Source: a virus (lineage: Duplodnaviria; Caudoviricetes). Taken from it: DNA of 61,254 nucleotides. Shown piece by piece: positions 8,471 through 17,061 of this stretch. How positions within the stretch are numbered: the first letter of the stretch is position 1; the number at the start of each line of letters is the position of its first letter. The stretch is taken from the IMG/VR virus record IMGVR_UViG_3300023440_000007, positions 1-61,254 of that record. One strand, 5' to 3'. Under the pieces are notes generated by a model that was given only the letters and a program-made list of their open reading frames with translations, did no database searches and had not been told where the DNA came from. Made by a program: the position numbers and the translations under genes.

Positions 8471-8770
8471 TTAGGAGTCCAGCGCCGTAACCTGGTAAGT
8501 CACAGGCGGCTGAGCGTACTGCCTAACCTGTTCGAGCGTGAGCTCCTTGCCACGCAAGTTGGGCGGCAGGTTAAGCGGAATCTCCGTAACCTTGGTGGCA
8601 AGCGCTGCCAAGTGCAGCGGGAGGACGCCAATAACGTGCTTACCGGCGATCTCCCTGGCAGGATCCGTCACGTGCATAATGCACGCAACGGTGCCCTGGT
8701 CGTCAATAAGCCCCAGCTCCTTAATGTACGAGAGCAGGGCCGGATGGCGTGTAACGATGACCTTTTCCAT
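8471..8770 (-). CDS. Csx16-like (Cas_VVA1548 family) protein; candidate anti-type III CRISPR ring nuclease
   Basis: VTRHPA...VIGVLPLHLAA...LNLPPNLRGKELT matches the Csx16 pattern SRHPGA...VIGTLPVHLAA...LDLP..LRG.ELS; no cas operon in the window. Confidence 0.75.
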   Translation of the reverse strand: MEKVIVTRHPALLSYIKELGLIDDQGTVACIMHVTDPAREIAGKHVIGVLPLHLAALATKVTEIPLNLPPNLRGKELTLEQVRQYAQPPVTYQVTALDS

Positions 8771-8778
8771 CTTTGTTA

Positions 8779-8849
8779 CCCCTTGCTAGTTGCTAGGCGG
8801 TATTGCCTAGTGTTTGCAGCGTAGTAGGGCAGACTGTCAAACGCAAATC
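8779..8849 (-). promoter_or_regulatory. Early cassette promoter, 5' hairpin and RBS
   Basis: GAT-TTGCGT-17 nt (GAcagTC)-TACGCT; hairpin CTAGGC/GCCTAG; CTAGCAAGGGG. Confidence 0.85.
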
Positions 8850-9116
8850 CAAAGTGCATCAGTCGAAAAGAAGATGCATCTGAGGAGGCATCATCAAACA
8901 GGAAGACGTGTCTGAGGAGGCATCATCATCTTTGAAAATGAGATCAGAGAAGCTGACTTGGGTCAAATTTTTTGATAGGACGCTTGTGAAATCGCTGGAT
9001 CAATTCGATTGACTGGGTCAATATATATGACTGAGGACTAGTGTGAGCGCTGGATCATCTTCACGGATGCTGGCGGGCAGCAGTAAGGGGGCCAGGATCC
9101 TGGCCCCCTTAGTGGC

Positions 9117-9365
9117 TTAAGCCGTAAAGCCGGTTTCGATCCCGCCCCCGTACTTACGGCAAAAAGCCACGATCCGCAGCTGCCGCTTGGGCATAACGGC
9201 AACCGCGCGGTTACCGAAGACCGTGTGGTTGTGGTAGGCCCACACGGCGTCGACGATCTGCTGCGGCTTAAAGCCAAGCAGCAGGCCGCGAACGAACGAT
9301 GACAGCGGCAGGGTAACGCCCTGCCAGCTGATCCAAGTACCATGCCTGGTAATTTCGATCTTCAT
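9117..9365 (-). CDS. Early cassette hypothetical protein
   Basis: 82 aa; shared promoter/RBS; terminator hairpin ~9086-9110. Confidence 0.8.
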   Translation of the reverse strand: MKIEITRHGTWISWQGVTLPLSSFVRGLLLGFKPQQIVDAVWAYHNHTVFGNRAVAVMPKRQLRIVAFCRKYGGGIETGFTA

Positions 9366-9373
9366 AGCATTTA

Positions 9374-9448
9374 CCCCTTGCTAGTTTTGGGCAGCACCAT
9401 TGCTGCCCATGTTGCCAGCATGGCAGGGTGGATTTTCCATTGCAAATC
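9374..9448 (-). promoter_or_regulatory. Early cassette promoter, 5' hairpin and RBS
   Basis: GAT-TTGCAA-17 nt (GAaaaTC)-CATGCT; CTAGCAAGGGG. Confidence 0.85.
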
Positions 9449-9776
9449 CTTTATGTATCCGTCAACAAAGAAGACAGCGCCTCAGACGCATCATAAGGAA
9501 GGAAGAAGTTAGAGTTGCATTCATCTTCTATGATGAAGATAACTCGAATAGGAGGCTGAATCATCTTTGAAGATGACATCATGCGAATTGAACAGACTCA
9601 AAATATCTGACTGTGAACTAATGATTCTATTGGATGATTTCGGTCAAATTGTATGAGAGAAGGCTAGTATGACTGCTGGATGATTTGGATCAACACATAT
9701 GAACTAGAGCTTATCCATTCGCTGGATGGTTTCCTCAAAAAGTGTTGGGGCCTACCTGGCCCCATAGTCAAGCCAA

Positions 9777-10325
9777 CTACTTGTTGGCGTAAATCGGCAA
9801 CTGCACGTTGCCGGGTCGTCTGTATTTGTACTGCGTTACGGCAGCCAGCATCCTGTAGGCGCAAGCCGTAACCTTAAGCGGGTCAGCGGCGGCAAGGCGG
9901 GCCGGTCCAACCAGGGCCTTGGCCAGCTCAATATGCTGCCGCTTAACCCAAATGGCGGCGGTCAAAGCAAGGCCGTCAATGCAAACGGCCACGTCGCCAA
10001 ACGGCTTGGCCCAATCAGGGGCCTGTCGTTCCGGGTTATTGTCTCCCCAAAACAGCGTAAGGCCGTCGTCCACGCTGGCAACATGCTGCAAAGCCGTGCT
10101 GTACAGCTTGCGCATGTCATCGTAGGGCAGGTCAAATGCCCCAAGCGCGTGGTCAATAACCTGCGTGGGCAGGTCGTAGGCATTGCCATACACCCACACA
10201 GGGTACAGGTCTTCCTGGCGGGCAATAATGGCAAAATCGCCAAACACGCCGCCGTAGCCGTCGTCGTCCCCGTTGGGCACGTACGCGGCCAAGTCATCGT
10301 ACAAGCTGGTTGTGTTGTTGGTCAT
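9777..10325 (-). CDS. Early cassette hypothetical protein
   Basis: 182 aa; shared promoter/RBS; terminator ~9737-9765. Confidence 0.85.
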   Translation of the reverse strand: MTNNTTSLYDDLAAYVPNGDDDGYGGVFGDFAIIARQEDLYPVWVYGNAYDLPTQVIDHALGAFDLPYDDMRKLYSTALQHVASVDDGLTLFWGDNNPERQAPDWAKPFGDVAVCIDGLALTAAIWVKRQHIELAKALVGPARLAAADPLKVTACAYRMLAAVTQYKYRRPGNVQLPIYANK

Positions 10326-10332
10326 CGCTAAA

Positions 10333-10402
10333 CCCCTTGCTAGTGCTGTGGCCCCATTGCCACAGTACCCACACTAATAGGGCTGATAATCAAACACAAA
10401 TC
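10333..10402 (-). promoter_or_regulatory. Early cassette promoter, 5' hairpin and RBS
   Basis: GAT-TTGTGT-17 nt (GAttaTC)-TAGTGT; CTAGCAAGGGG. Confidence 0.85.
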
Positions 10403-10686
10403 TAAAATGCATCTATCCCATTGGAAGATAACACGAAAAGGGCGTTGAATCTTCTTTGAAGAAGATGCCTCTATGCGTACCTCATCATCTTTGATGGGGA
10501 TGCTTATTCACACTTCATCTTCTTTGATGAAGATTTGGCGTCTAGTTTGTCTTGTTATAAGAGGATGAGCTTGTATGACCGCTGGATGATTTGGATCAAT
10601 ATATATGATAGGAAGCTTGTGATTCCGCTGGATGATTTGGATAGCCAAAAAGAAGGGGCAGGCTTTGATGCCTACCCCAAACAAGC

Positions 10687-11109
10687 CTAGATATACGGCC
10701 GACCATCCCCGCCTGGGCCTACCATGCCGTACAGCCCATTAGCGACGAAGGCGCAAGCCTTAGCCAACGACTTTTTGTTAACGGTGGAGCAGAACACCCT
10801 GCTGCCTACCTGGATAGTGCTGGAACACACCCTTACGCCACACAGATCTACATACCGTATGGCAAAACTAAAGTGCGCATGCGGAACTACGGCGAAGTAG
10901 CCCACATTGACCAACACCTTAAACCGCTGTATGACGTTCTCCACCTGCTGATACTCACCATTTACCAAATGCGTACCAGCAGTGAAGCGTTCCAGATCCG
11001 CCAGCTTTAGCCAGCCAACCCGACTGAGGACCTGGCACAAAACCGGCAGTTTGCTGGGATCGTCGCTGTGAGTAACCACGCACAGCGCATACAGGTTACG
11101 ATTTTCCAT
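10687..11109 (-). CDS. Early cassette hypothetical protein
   Basis: 140 aa; shared promoter/RBS; terminator ~10647-10678. Confidence 0.8.
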   Translation of the reverse strand: MENRNLYALCVVTHSDDPSKLPVLCQVLSRVGWLKLADLERFTAGTHLVNGEYQQVENVIQRFKVLVNVGYFAVVPHAHFSFAIRYVDLCGVRVCSSTIQVGSRVFCSTVNKKSLAKACAFVANGLYGMVGPGGDGRPYI

Positions 11110-11118
11110 AGTTTTTTA

Positions 11119-11187
11119 CCCCTTGCTAGTGTTATGGCACCATTGCCATAGTAACAGCCTAGTAGGGCTGAATATCAATAGCAAATC
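11119..11187 (-). promoter_or_regulatory. Early cassette promoter, 5' hairpin and RBS
   Basis: GAT-TTGCTA-17 nt (GAtatTC)-TAGGCT; CTAGCAAGGGG. Confidence 0.85.
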
Positions 11188-11347
11188 ATAAATACTTCAG
11201 TCAATTAAGACTCAAAGGCCGCTTCGAGTTATCTTCATCGTAGACGAAGAACAATACTCTACCGCAATCATCCACGTAGAAGAGACATACAGTCAAAAAG
11301 AAGGGGCGAGTTTTGATACTCACCCCAAGTTGCCTAGCAGGGGGAAG

Positions 11348-11458
11348 CTAGTACAGGAACTTGGCGGTAGCGATAATGCCCACGCCGAACACACCGCCAA
11401 GAATCAGAGACCCTATGGCTGCCAGGCCGAGGATAATTGCGGCTTCGAGCTTATGCAT
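11348..11458 (-). CDS. 36-aa membrane peptide (below the ORF-track cutoff)
   Basis: MHKLEAAIILGLAAIGSLILGGVFGVGIIATAKFLY; start overlaps the stop of 11451..11828; terminator ~11295-11326. Confidence 0.65.
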   Translation of the reverse strand: MHKLEAAIILGLAAIGSLILGGVFGVGIIATAKFLY

Positions 11459-11828
11459 GGTTTAACGCCTCCTTAGCGCGCTTGATGGTATCGCCGTACA
11501 GGGAGGCCAGCGCATTGTACAGCAGGAGCGACATGGCATAGTGCGGTTCCATGCCGATGCTGTGCGCTTGGCTGTGGACAGCCGCTGGCCACGAGCTGCT
11601 AAGCAGGTCGTCGACGCGCTGCACATCCCTGGGGTGAATGAACACAACCTTGCCTTCGTACAAGGCCGTGGTGCTGTCGAGCTCGTGGTCCCACACAGGC
11701 CCAAGGATTACACGGTGGGTGCATCCCGCAGCCTTGAGGTCGTCCACGGTTGCCTGCCCATCAGCCGCCAGGCGGTATGCCCGATAGACGGGCTGGGCAA
11801 GCTTCAGCATATCCTGAATGTCTTGCAT
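11451..11828 (-). CDS. Early cassette hypothetical protein
   Basis: 125 aa; shared promoter/RBS. Confidence 0.8.
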   Translation of the reverse strand: MQDIQDMLKLAQPVYRAYRLAADGQATVDDLKAAGCTHRVILGPVWDHELDSTTALYEGKVVFIHPRDVQRVDDLLSSSWPAAVHSQAHSIGMEPHYAMSLLLYNALASLYGDTIKRAKEALNHA

Positions 11829-11836
11829 TGCTTAAT

Positions 11837-11906
11837 CCCCTTTGCTAGTTGCATGGCTTGCTTGCCATGTTGCCAGCATGGCAAAGGTGATTATCAAACG
11901 CAAATC
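11837..11906 (-). promoter_or_regulatory. Early cassette promoter, 5' hairpin and RBS
   Basis: GAT-TTGCGT-17 nt (GAtaaTC)-CATGCT; CTAGCAAAGGGG. Confidence 0.85.
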
Positions 11907-12080
11907 TAAAGTGCGTCAGTCGCAGCGGAAGAGAAACCCTCGTGGCTGGTCGTCTTTGATGAGGATAACTCGAATAGCGGGTTGAATCATCTTTGAAGAG
12001 AAGCTGCGAGGCGGCATCGTCTTCTTGGATACCTCGAAACAAAAAGAACCCCGGCCTACCTGGCCGGGGATTTTGCTTGG

Positions 12081-12545
12081 CTACGTGCCAAGACGCCAGC
12101 CCAACAGCGCGCCGTAGACGGCGGCGGCAAGCTGGGCCGACGGAACCGTACCCTGCAGCGCACCAGCCAAGGACTGGGCGGCGCTGCGGTCCTGCTTGCG
12201 CGGGAACACGGCGCAGTAGTACATCAGTTCGTTAACCGCCGGGCCGTAGTCCTGCTCGAAGTTGGGCAGCAGGTTTTCCATTTCCCGCATGGCCAACACA
12301 AAGTCGTCTTTGTTGTTGGCCATAAAGCCGCGCAGGTTTGCCCAAGTATCCTGCACGCTTCCCGTGCTGCACTCAGCAAGCGCAGCAACAAAAGCGGCCA
12401 GGTCATCCGGCAACGGCTTAGCGGAAAACACCCAAACCGGGACCGGACCAACCTGCTGCATCAACTTAGGCCAGCCCGGCCAATCAGGGTGCATGTTGTC
12501 GTTACGCACCCTAAGGATTTCGCTGTAGTACTGGTAAGCATCCAT
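12081..12545 (-). CDS. Early cassette hypothetical protein
   Basis: 154 aa; shared promoter/RBS; terminator ~12041-12070. Confidence 0.85.
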   Translation of the reverse strand: MDAYQYYSEILRVRNDNMHPDWPGWPKLMQQVGPVPVWVFSAKPLPDDLAAFVAALAECSTGSVQDTWANLRGFMANNKDDFVLAMREMENLLPNFEQDYGPAVNELMYYCAVFPRKQDRSAAQSLAGALQGTVPSAQLAAAVYGALLGWRLGT

Positions 12546-12553
12546 TGGTTAAT

Positions 12554-12624
12554 CCCCTTGCTAGTTGCTAAGCACCATTGCTTAGTGTGCCCATGCTAGT
12601 AAGGGGGACTTTCAAAGGCAAATC
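12554..12624 (-). promoter_or_regulatory. Early cassette promoter, 5' hairpin and RBS
   Basis: GAT-TTGCCT-17 nt (GAaagTC)-TAGCAT; CTAGCAAGGGG. Confidence 0.85.
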
Positions 12625-13052
12625 CAAAGTGCATCAGTCAGGCCGGACTCAAAACAGCTCTGCTGGCTCATCTTTTGCGAGTCACAGCGCCATTCGAGTT
12701 ATCATCATCTATGATGAGGAACAGTACTCTGCTGCAATCATCAGTCCTGATTCATTAGCCTATTCGAGTTATCTTCATCGTAGACGAAGACAAGTGAGTG
12801 CAAATCTTCTTCGCTGAAGAGGATAACTCGAATAGCGGTTTGAATCATCTTTGATGAGGCAATCATCTTCATGATGATGAAATGCCTGGCAAGCTCATCT
12901 TATATGAGATAGAGCTTATGAATCCGCTGGATGATTTGGTCCTAGCGTGTGAACTAGAGCTTATGGATTTGCTGGATCAATTGGATAGACATATACCGTC
13001 AAAAAGATGGGCGGGGCATTGAGCCCCGCCCGATGGCCGCCTGGCAAGGGGT

Positions 13053-13601
13053 TCAGGCAGCCGCGTCGCTGGCCTGCTCGTTAACGAGCACCGGCACCGG
13101 CGGTGTGGACTCGGCCTTGGGCTTGGCCTCCTCCTTGGGCTTCTCCTTGGGCGTAATGGCGTCGACCAGGGCCTCATAAAAGCCCATGAACGCCTGCTTC
13201 CTAGCCGCCTCGAAGTTGGCCCGGAAGCTGGTAGCCTCGCCCTGGAACTTCTTGCGCCCCACCTTCAGCGCCCCGTCACTGCCGATGGACACGGCGTAAC
13301 GCTTGGCAAACTGAAGCGCCTTGCGCGTGTGGGTGGGATGGACCAGCGCCACGAAGCAGTTCTTGTAGTGCCAGGACAAGCCCCACCTGTCGCGCGGGAC
13401 GCTGCGCTTGCTGAACGCCTGGTTCAGCTCCCCCACGGTCTTGCCGGGGTTGTGGGTAATCACGTCCCACTTGACCGGGGCCGTGTCCCCACGGGGATTG
13501 TAACCCTCTCCCACCAGGGGGATGGCCACCGCGCAGCCCGCGTTGAGCATGCCACGGTAGCTGTTCTTCAACTCGCTGGCCTTGTAATAGGTATCACGCA
13601 T
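13053..13601 (-). CDS. Early cassette protein; possible DNA-binding domain related to the C-terminus of 42681..43400
   Basis: YNPRGDTA..KW....GKTVGEL....LSW....FVAL; AAGGAGG RBS; terminator ~13001-13031. Confidence 0.8.
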   Translation of the reverse strand: MRDTYYKASELKNSYRGMLNAGCAVAIPLVGEGYNPRGDTAPVKWDVITHNPGKTVGELNQAFSKRSVPRDRWGLSWHYKNCFVALVHPTHTRKALQFAKRYAVSIGSDGALKVGRKKFQGEATSFRANFEAARKQAFMGFYEALVDAITPKEKPKEEAKPKAESTPPVPVLVNEQASDAAA

Positions 13602-13657
13602 TGTTTCCTCCTTTGCTGCTAGATGCGCGGCACTAACTGCACCGCCCTATGGTTTGC

Positions 13658-13689
13658 AGCATGGCAGGGTTGATTGTCAGTTGCAAATC
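13658..13689 (-). promoter_or_regulatory. Early cassette promoter
   Basis: GAT-TTGCAA-17 nt (GAcaaTC)-CATGCT. Confidence 0.85.
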
Positions 13690-14327
13690 TAAAATGGCTG
13701 CATTTTTGTGAGGTGGGACGGCTCATCAACCTTGAGTCAAACCGCTATTCGAGTTATCTTCATCGTAGAGGAAGAACACAGCCCTATATATTATATAAAG
13801 TGCGCCAATTCGTCAAAGCTGAGTCATTGGCCTATTCGAGTTATCCTCATCAAAGAGGACTCAAAGCCCTATTCGAGTTATCTTCTTCAATGAAGAACGT
13901 ACTCGTTTTGTTTCGGATCATCTTTTTTGATGATACCGCATCCTCATCATGATGAGGATCTATGGGAATGACACCCGACATTACGCTAGAGTATGAGCTT
14001 GCATATGAGCTGGATTGATTCAAAATATCTTCATTTTGAAGATGAACATGACGGTTTTTTGTCATTTTTCGGATTCACAAACTTCATCCAGCTAAGTCAT
14101 TGTAAAACAACAAAACACGATCGCGTGTCTCAAGCGGGGCAGACGTCGTTTTTGGACCGTGTTTCATCTTCATCCATGACGCTTTTGAATCATAAAATCT
14201 TCCTCATGAAGAAGACATTCCACACTTGAACCGGAATCCATGGAATGATGCCAGAGGTTTTGTATGAAAGTGAGCTAATATGACCGCTGGATGAGCCTGT
14301 ACACTCCCATACTTTAGACCCAAAAAA

Positions 14328-14365
14328 GACTTGCATGTGAAATTCCACCATGTAAGGGTTATAAT
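14328..14365 (+). promoter_or_regulatory. Divergent promoter of the same class
   Basis: GAC-TTGCAT-17 nt (GAaatTC)-AAGGGT, immediately followed by TATAAT. Confidence 0.65.
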
Positions 14366-14367
14366 GC

Positions 14368-14735
14368 TGGCGCGGCATATGCGTCAGGGCCTAAAAGTCA
14401 ATGGTTCCATAGGAGTAACCATTGGCAGGACGACAGGGGTTATGCCCGGCCATAGAGAGCCTAGGGGGCCAGACGGGAGCGGTACTTGCCTTTGAGCAAG
14501 CAGCGCACGTCGCAGGGTAGCGGAAGCCTACAGCGAGGCGCACAACGTGGTCTGCGCCGGTAGAGCTGGATATGACCGCTAAGGAAAATTCCCTGGGTGG
14601 AATTCCCAGGGCCAGGGGCTGAGTAGCTGATATAGTGAAACCCCTGCGAGGACTGCGGAATACTCTGGTTTTACTCGGTATGCAGCAAGCCGGACGGTGT
14701 GATGAGCTGTAGGGATACAACCGCCCTGAAGGTCA
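14368..14735 (+). ncRNA. Candidate structured RNA (~360 nt)
   Basis: GC-rich, no credible + ORF; closing TCAGGGC/GCCCTGA; hairpins CAATGGTT/AACCATTG, CCCTGGG/CCCAGGG, GCGCA/TGCGC. Confidence 0.45.
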
Positions 14736-14854
14736 GAAAAACCTCCTCTTACCATGCAACTTGACAGGGGGTACTGAGTGCTGGCGTGATGCGGTACTGT
14801 AAGTATCCCCTTGCTTTATCCATTTATGGACCAACCAGTAGAGGACGTGATGAA

Positions 14855-15196
14855 ATGACCAGTACATGGAGAACAATGCAAGGACTGAACACATACGGTG
14901 GTGGGTACAGCCTGAGAAAGAAACACAGGGCTGATCGCTGGTTCAAAGGGAAAGCCGGTGATGAAATAACCGCCAAGATGTGCCGTAAAAAGAGCAAAAC
15001 CTACAAAATAAGGAGTGGCCCAAGTCCTTGGACGCCAGGGGAAACTCTGGAACACTACCCTGAAATACATCCTTGGCATGTGAAAAACGCTGAGGCGCTA
15101 ATAGCGAAAATCAACCTATACTGGGAAAGCAAAGGGCTGCCGACCAAAGTAAACATCACCAATGAAATGAGAAAGAAATACGGACCCAAACAATAA
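14855..15196 (+). CDS. Basic hypothetical protein
   Basis: ORF 14786..15196; ATG at 14855 after GAGG is the likelier start. Confidence 0.65.
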   Translation: MTSTWRTMQGLNTYGGGYSLRKKHRADRWFKGKAGDEITAKMCRKKSKTYKIRSGPSPWTPGETLEHYPEIHPWHVKNAEALIAKINLYWESKGLPTKVNITNEMRKKYGPKQ

Positions 15197-15327
15197 AAAA
15201 ATCTGAGTAATACGTTACTGGAAGGAGGGGTTGGGGAGGGAAAATTGAGAGAAGAAGGGGGATAGCATTCAGAGATAGAGAATTTCGAGTTTGACACTTA
15301 CTCCCAATACATGAGAGAAACTGAATC

Positions 15328-15675
15328 ATGGTGAGGATCCTACCGGAAGACATAGAAGACCTATTCCATGAATCATTTGAATTCAGATATTCAAGGGAAG
15401 GTGGAGAATATTGGTGGGACATTTACGAACATGTAACTGACCACCTTGAATGGATAATGAGGAAAGATGAAGTGATGGACTACGAGATGATGGAATTCAT
15501 TCTATACAAAAGAATAGAATATGAATGGGAAGAGAAAGCCATATGGGAGAAGTTGAATGAATCTCTTTGCAGTGGGAATACCTGCGAAGGGAACAGATAC
15601 TGGAAAGAAGTTCTGAAAAGATTTGGGAAATTAGTGAACAAGAAAACTCTCCATCCTGCCTATAGGGAGAAATGA
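15328..15675 (+). CDS. EG-x2-YW paralog, two motif copies
   Basis: SFEFRYSREGGEYWWDI and TCEGNRYWKEV. Confidence 0.75.
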   Translation: MVRILPEDIEDLFHESFEFRYSREGGEYWWDIYEHVTDHLEWIMRKDEVMDYEMMEFILYKRIEYEWEEKAIWEKLNESLCSGNTCEGNRYWKEVLKRFGKLVNKKTLHPAYREK

Positions 15676-15676
15676 G

Positions 15677-16306
15677 ATGAAGATAGTGAAAAATAAATTC
15701 ATTGTGAACGACGAAGGAAGAGTAATCGGGAAAATCTCAAAAGTCAGATATGAAAACAATAGAGTGACGATCTACAACGTAAAAGGAGAGACGGTGGGTC
15801 ATACGAGTCTAGAGAAACTCTTTGATGTATGTAGAGCTCTAGAGAAAATCGGAGTGTTGGATTCCAATGATCCAAAACTGAATCCAAAATGGGGAATTGT
15901 GAAATACATAGGAGAAAGTCTATACAAACTCGGAGATACTATTGGATACATAAGTCCGAATATGGACGAGATGTTTGAGATTGATGAAGAAAATAAGATC
16001 ATAAAATTCAAACTTTCCTCGATGGAAAAAGAAATCAGAGAGGAAATTCAAGACGAGTTTGAAGGTAAATTCAAGAACTTTTTGAGGCTCTACTTCGACA
16101 AAGAGACTCTGAAACCCATAAAAGGGAATACGGTAAAAAACATCTGTCTGAAAAGCGCATTCGAGAAACAAGTTGAGCTTTACAACAAATCTCTCATTCT
16201 TTCCAGACTTGTAGCAGAGGTCTCACTGATAAGCTTCAAAGAAGCGAATGCCTCACTGGAAGAGGCTCTGTCCAAGTTTGGGTACAAATTCACAATCGAG
16301 TACTGA
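15677..16306 (+). CDS. Hypothetical protein
   Basis: 209 aa, GGAG RBS. Confidence 0.75.
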   Translation: MKIVKNKFIVNDEGRVIGKISKVRYENNRVTIYNVKGETVGHTSLEKLFDVCRALEKIGVLDSNDPKLNPKWGIVKYIGESLYKLGDTIGYISPNMDEMFEIDEENKIIKFKLSSMEKEIREEIQDEFEGKFKNFLRLYFDKETLKPIKGNTVKNICLKSAFEKQVELYNKSLILSRLVAEVSLISFKEANASLEEALSKFGYKFTIEY

Positions 16307-16693
16307 AAGGAGGTGAAGACCGCTGACACGCAGAATTCTAAAGAAAGCGCTGACGAGCTGCGTCATCGCAATCGCTTCACTTGCGATTAGCATCATCATG
16401 GCGGGCTCGTTCACCTATGGAGCCCTCATGATAGCTGAGGGAAACTTCCTCCTTGGAACAAGCCATCTCCTTCTTGGTTGGTCTATTGCCTTTCTGGTAA
16501 TTGGTCTGATTACAGATTTCAATCTCTGATAAGAAAGGAGGTGAAAACTCTTGAAAATCTCTAAGAAAATTCAGAGAAAGCTCGAAGCCAGGCTCAAAGG
16601 CTATAAGATAGCCTGCGAAATCGCAGAAAAGAAGAAGCCTGGATCGAGCAAGGGACTGAGGATTCCTGGATCTAGGAATCCAAGGAAGCAGGC

Positions 16694-17023
16694 ATGAGAA
16701 CGATGGAGCCTTACGAAGAAAGACTCATTGAATTGAAAGCCGTAGAAGCGCTGATACGAGCTCTGAAGTCTATGTCTGAGACGGAAGAGGAGCGTCTGGC
16801 GCATTCAGCGGCTTTGAAGAAGCTCAAGAGAGTTCAGAGAAAAGTTGGGATCTCTGGATCTCTCTTTGGGTTCCTTTCCAATTTCAAAATTTCAAAATTG
16901 GGAAGGAATGCGCTGCTTCTAATAAAGCGAGTAAGGATGGCGGTCAATGTCTACAAATTCTATCGGCATTACTCAATGCCGAGGAAAGCATCGGCCGTAT
17001 TGAAGACCTTACTCGCATTGTAG
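16694..17023 (+). CDS. Hypothetical protein
   Basis: 109 aa ORF in the + operon. Confidence 0.6.
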   Translation: MRTMEPYEERLIELKAVEALIRALKSMSETEEERLAHSAALKKLKRVQRKVGISGSLFGFLSNFKISKLGRNALLLIKRVRMAVNVYKFYRHYSMPRKASAVLKTLLAL

Positions 17024-17061
17024 AAGCTCTAAACTTTCTGATAGAAAGGAGGTGATAGTAA

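Larger units (their letters stand above)
8120..14300. repeat. Inter-cassette spacer repeats: GCTGGAT(GATTTGG), TTCGAGTTATC and TCNTCNTC-NNN-GANGANGA families
   Basis: Many degenerate copies in the non-coding spacers between early cassettes (coordinates in findings). Confidence 0.9.

Noticed and set aside
11845-14229. ORFs called inside spacers (11845..12042, 12578..12817, 13674..13952, 13850..14065)
   Set aside because: Translations simply reflect the TCN/GAN repeats (SS, DE runs), cross promoters and lack an RBS.
8120-14300. CRISPR array or mini-array in the spacer repeats (prompted by the Csx16-like gene)
   Set aside because: Repeats are degenerate, irregularly spaced, in mixed orientation and separated by whole genes; there is no constant repeat-spacer period.
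8120-14300. CcrM GANTC sites as the explanation of the GA/TC pattern
   Set aside because: GANTC occurs in the spacers, but the conserved elements are GA-N3-TC and TCNTCNTC-N3-GANGANGA, and the empty block lacks all GA/TC, which GANTC avoidance alone would not require.
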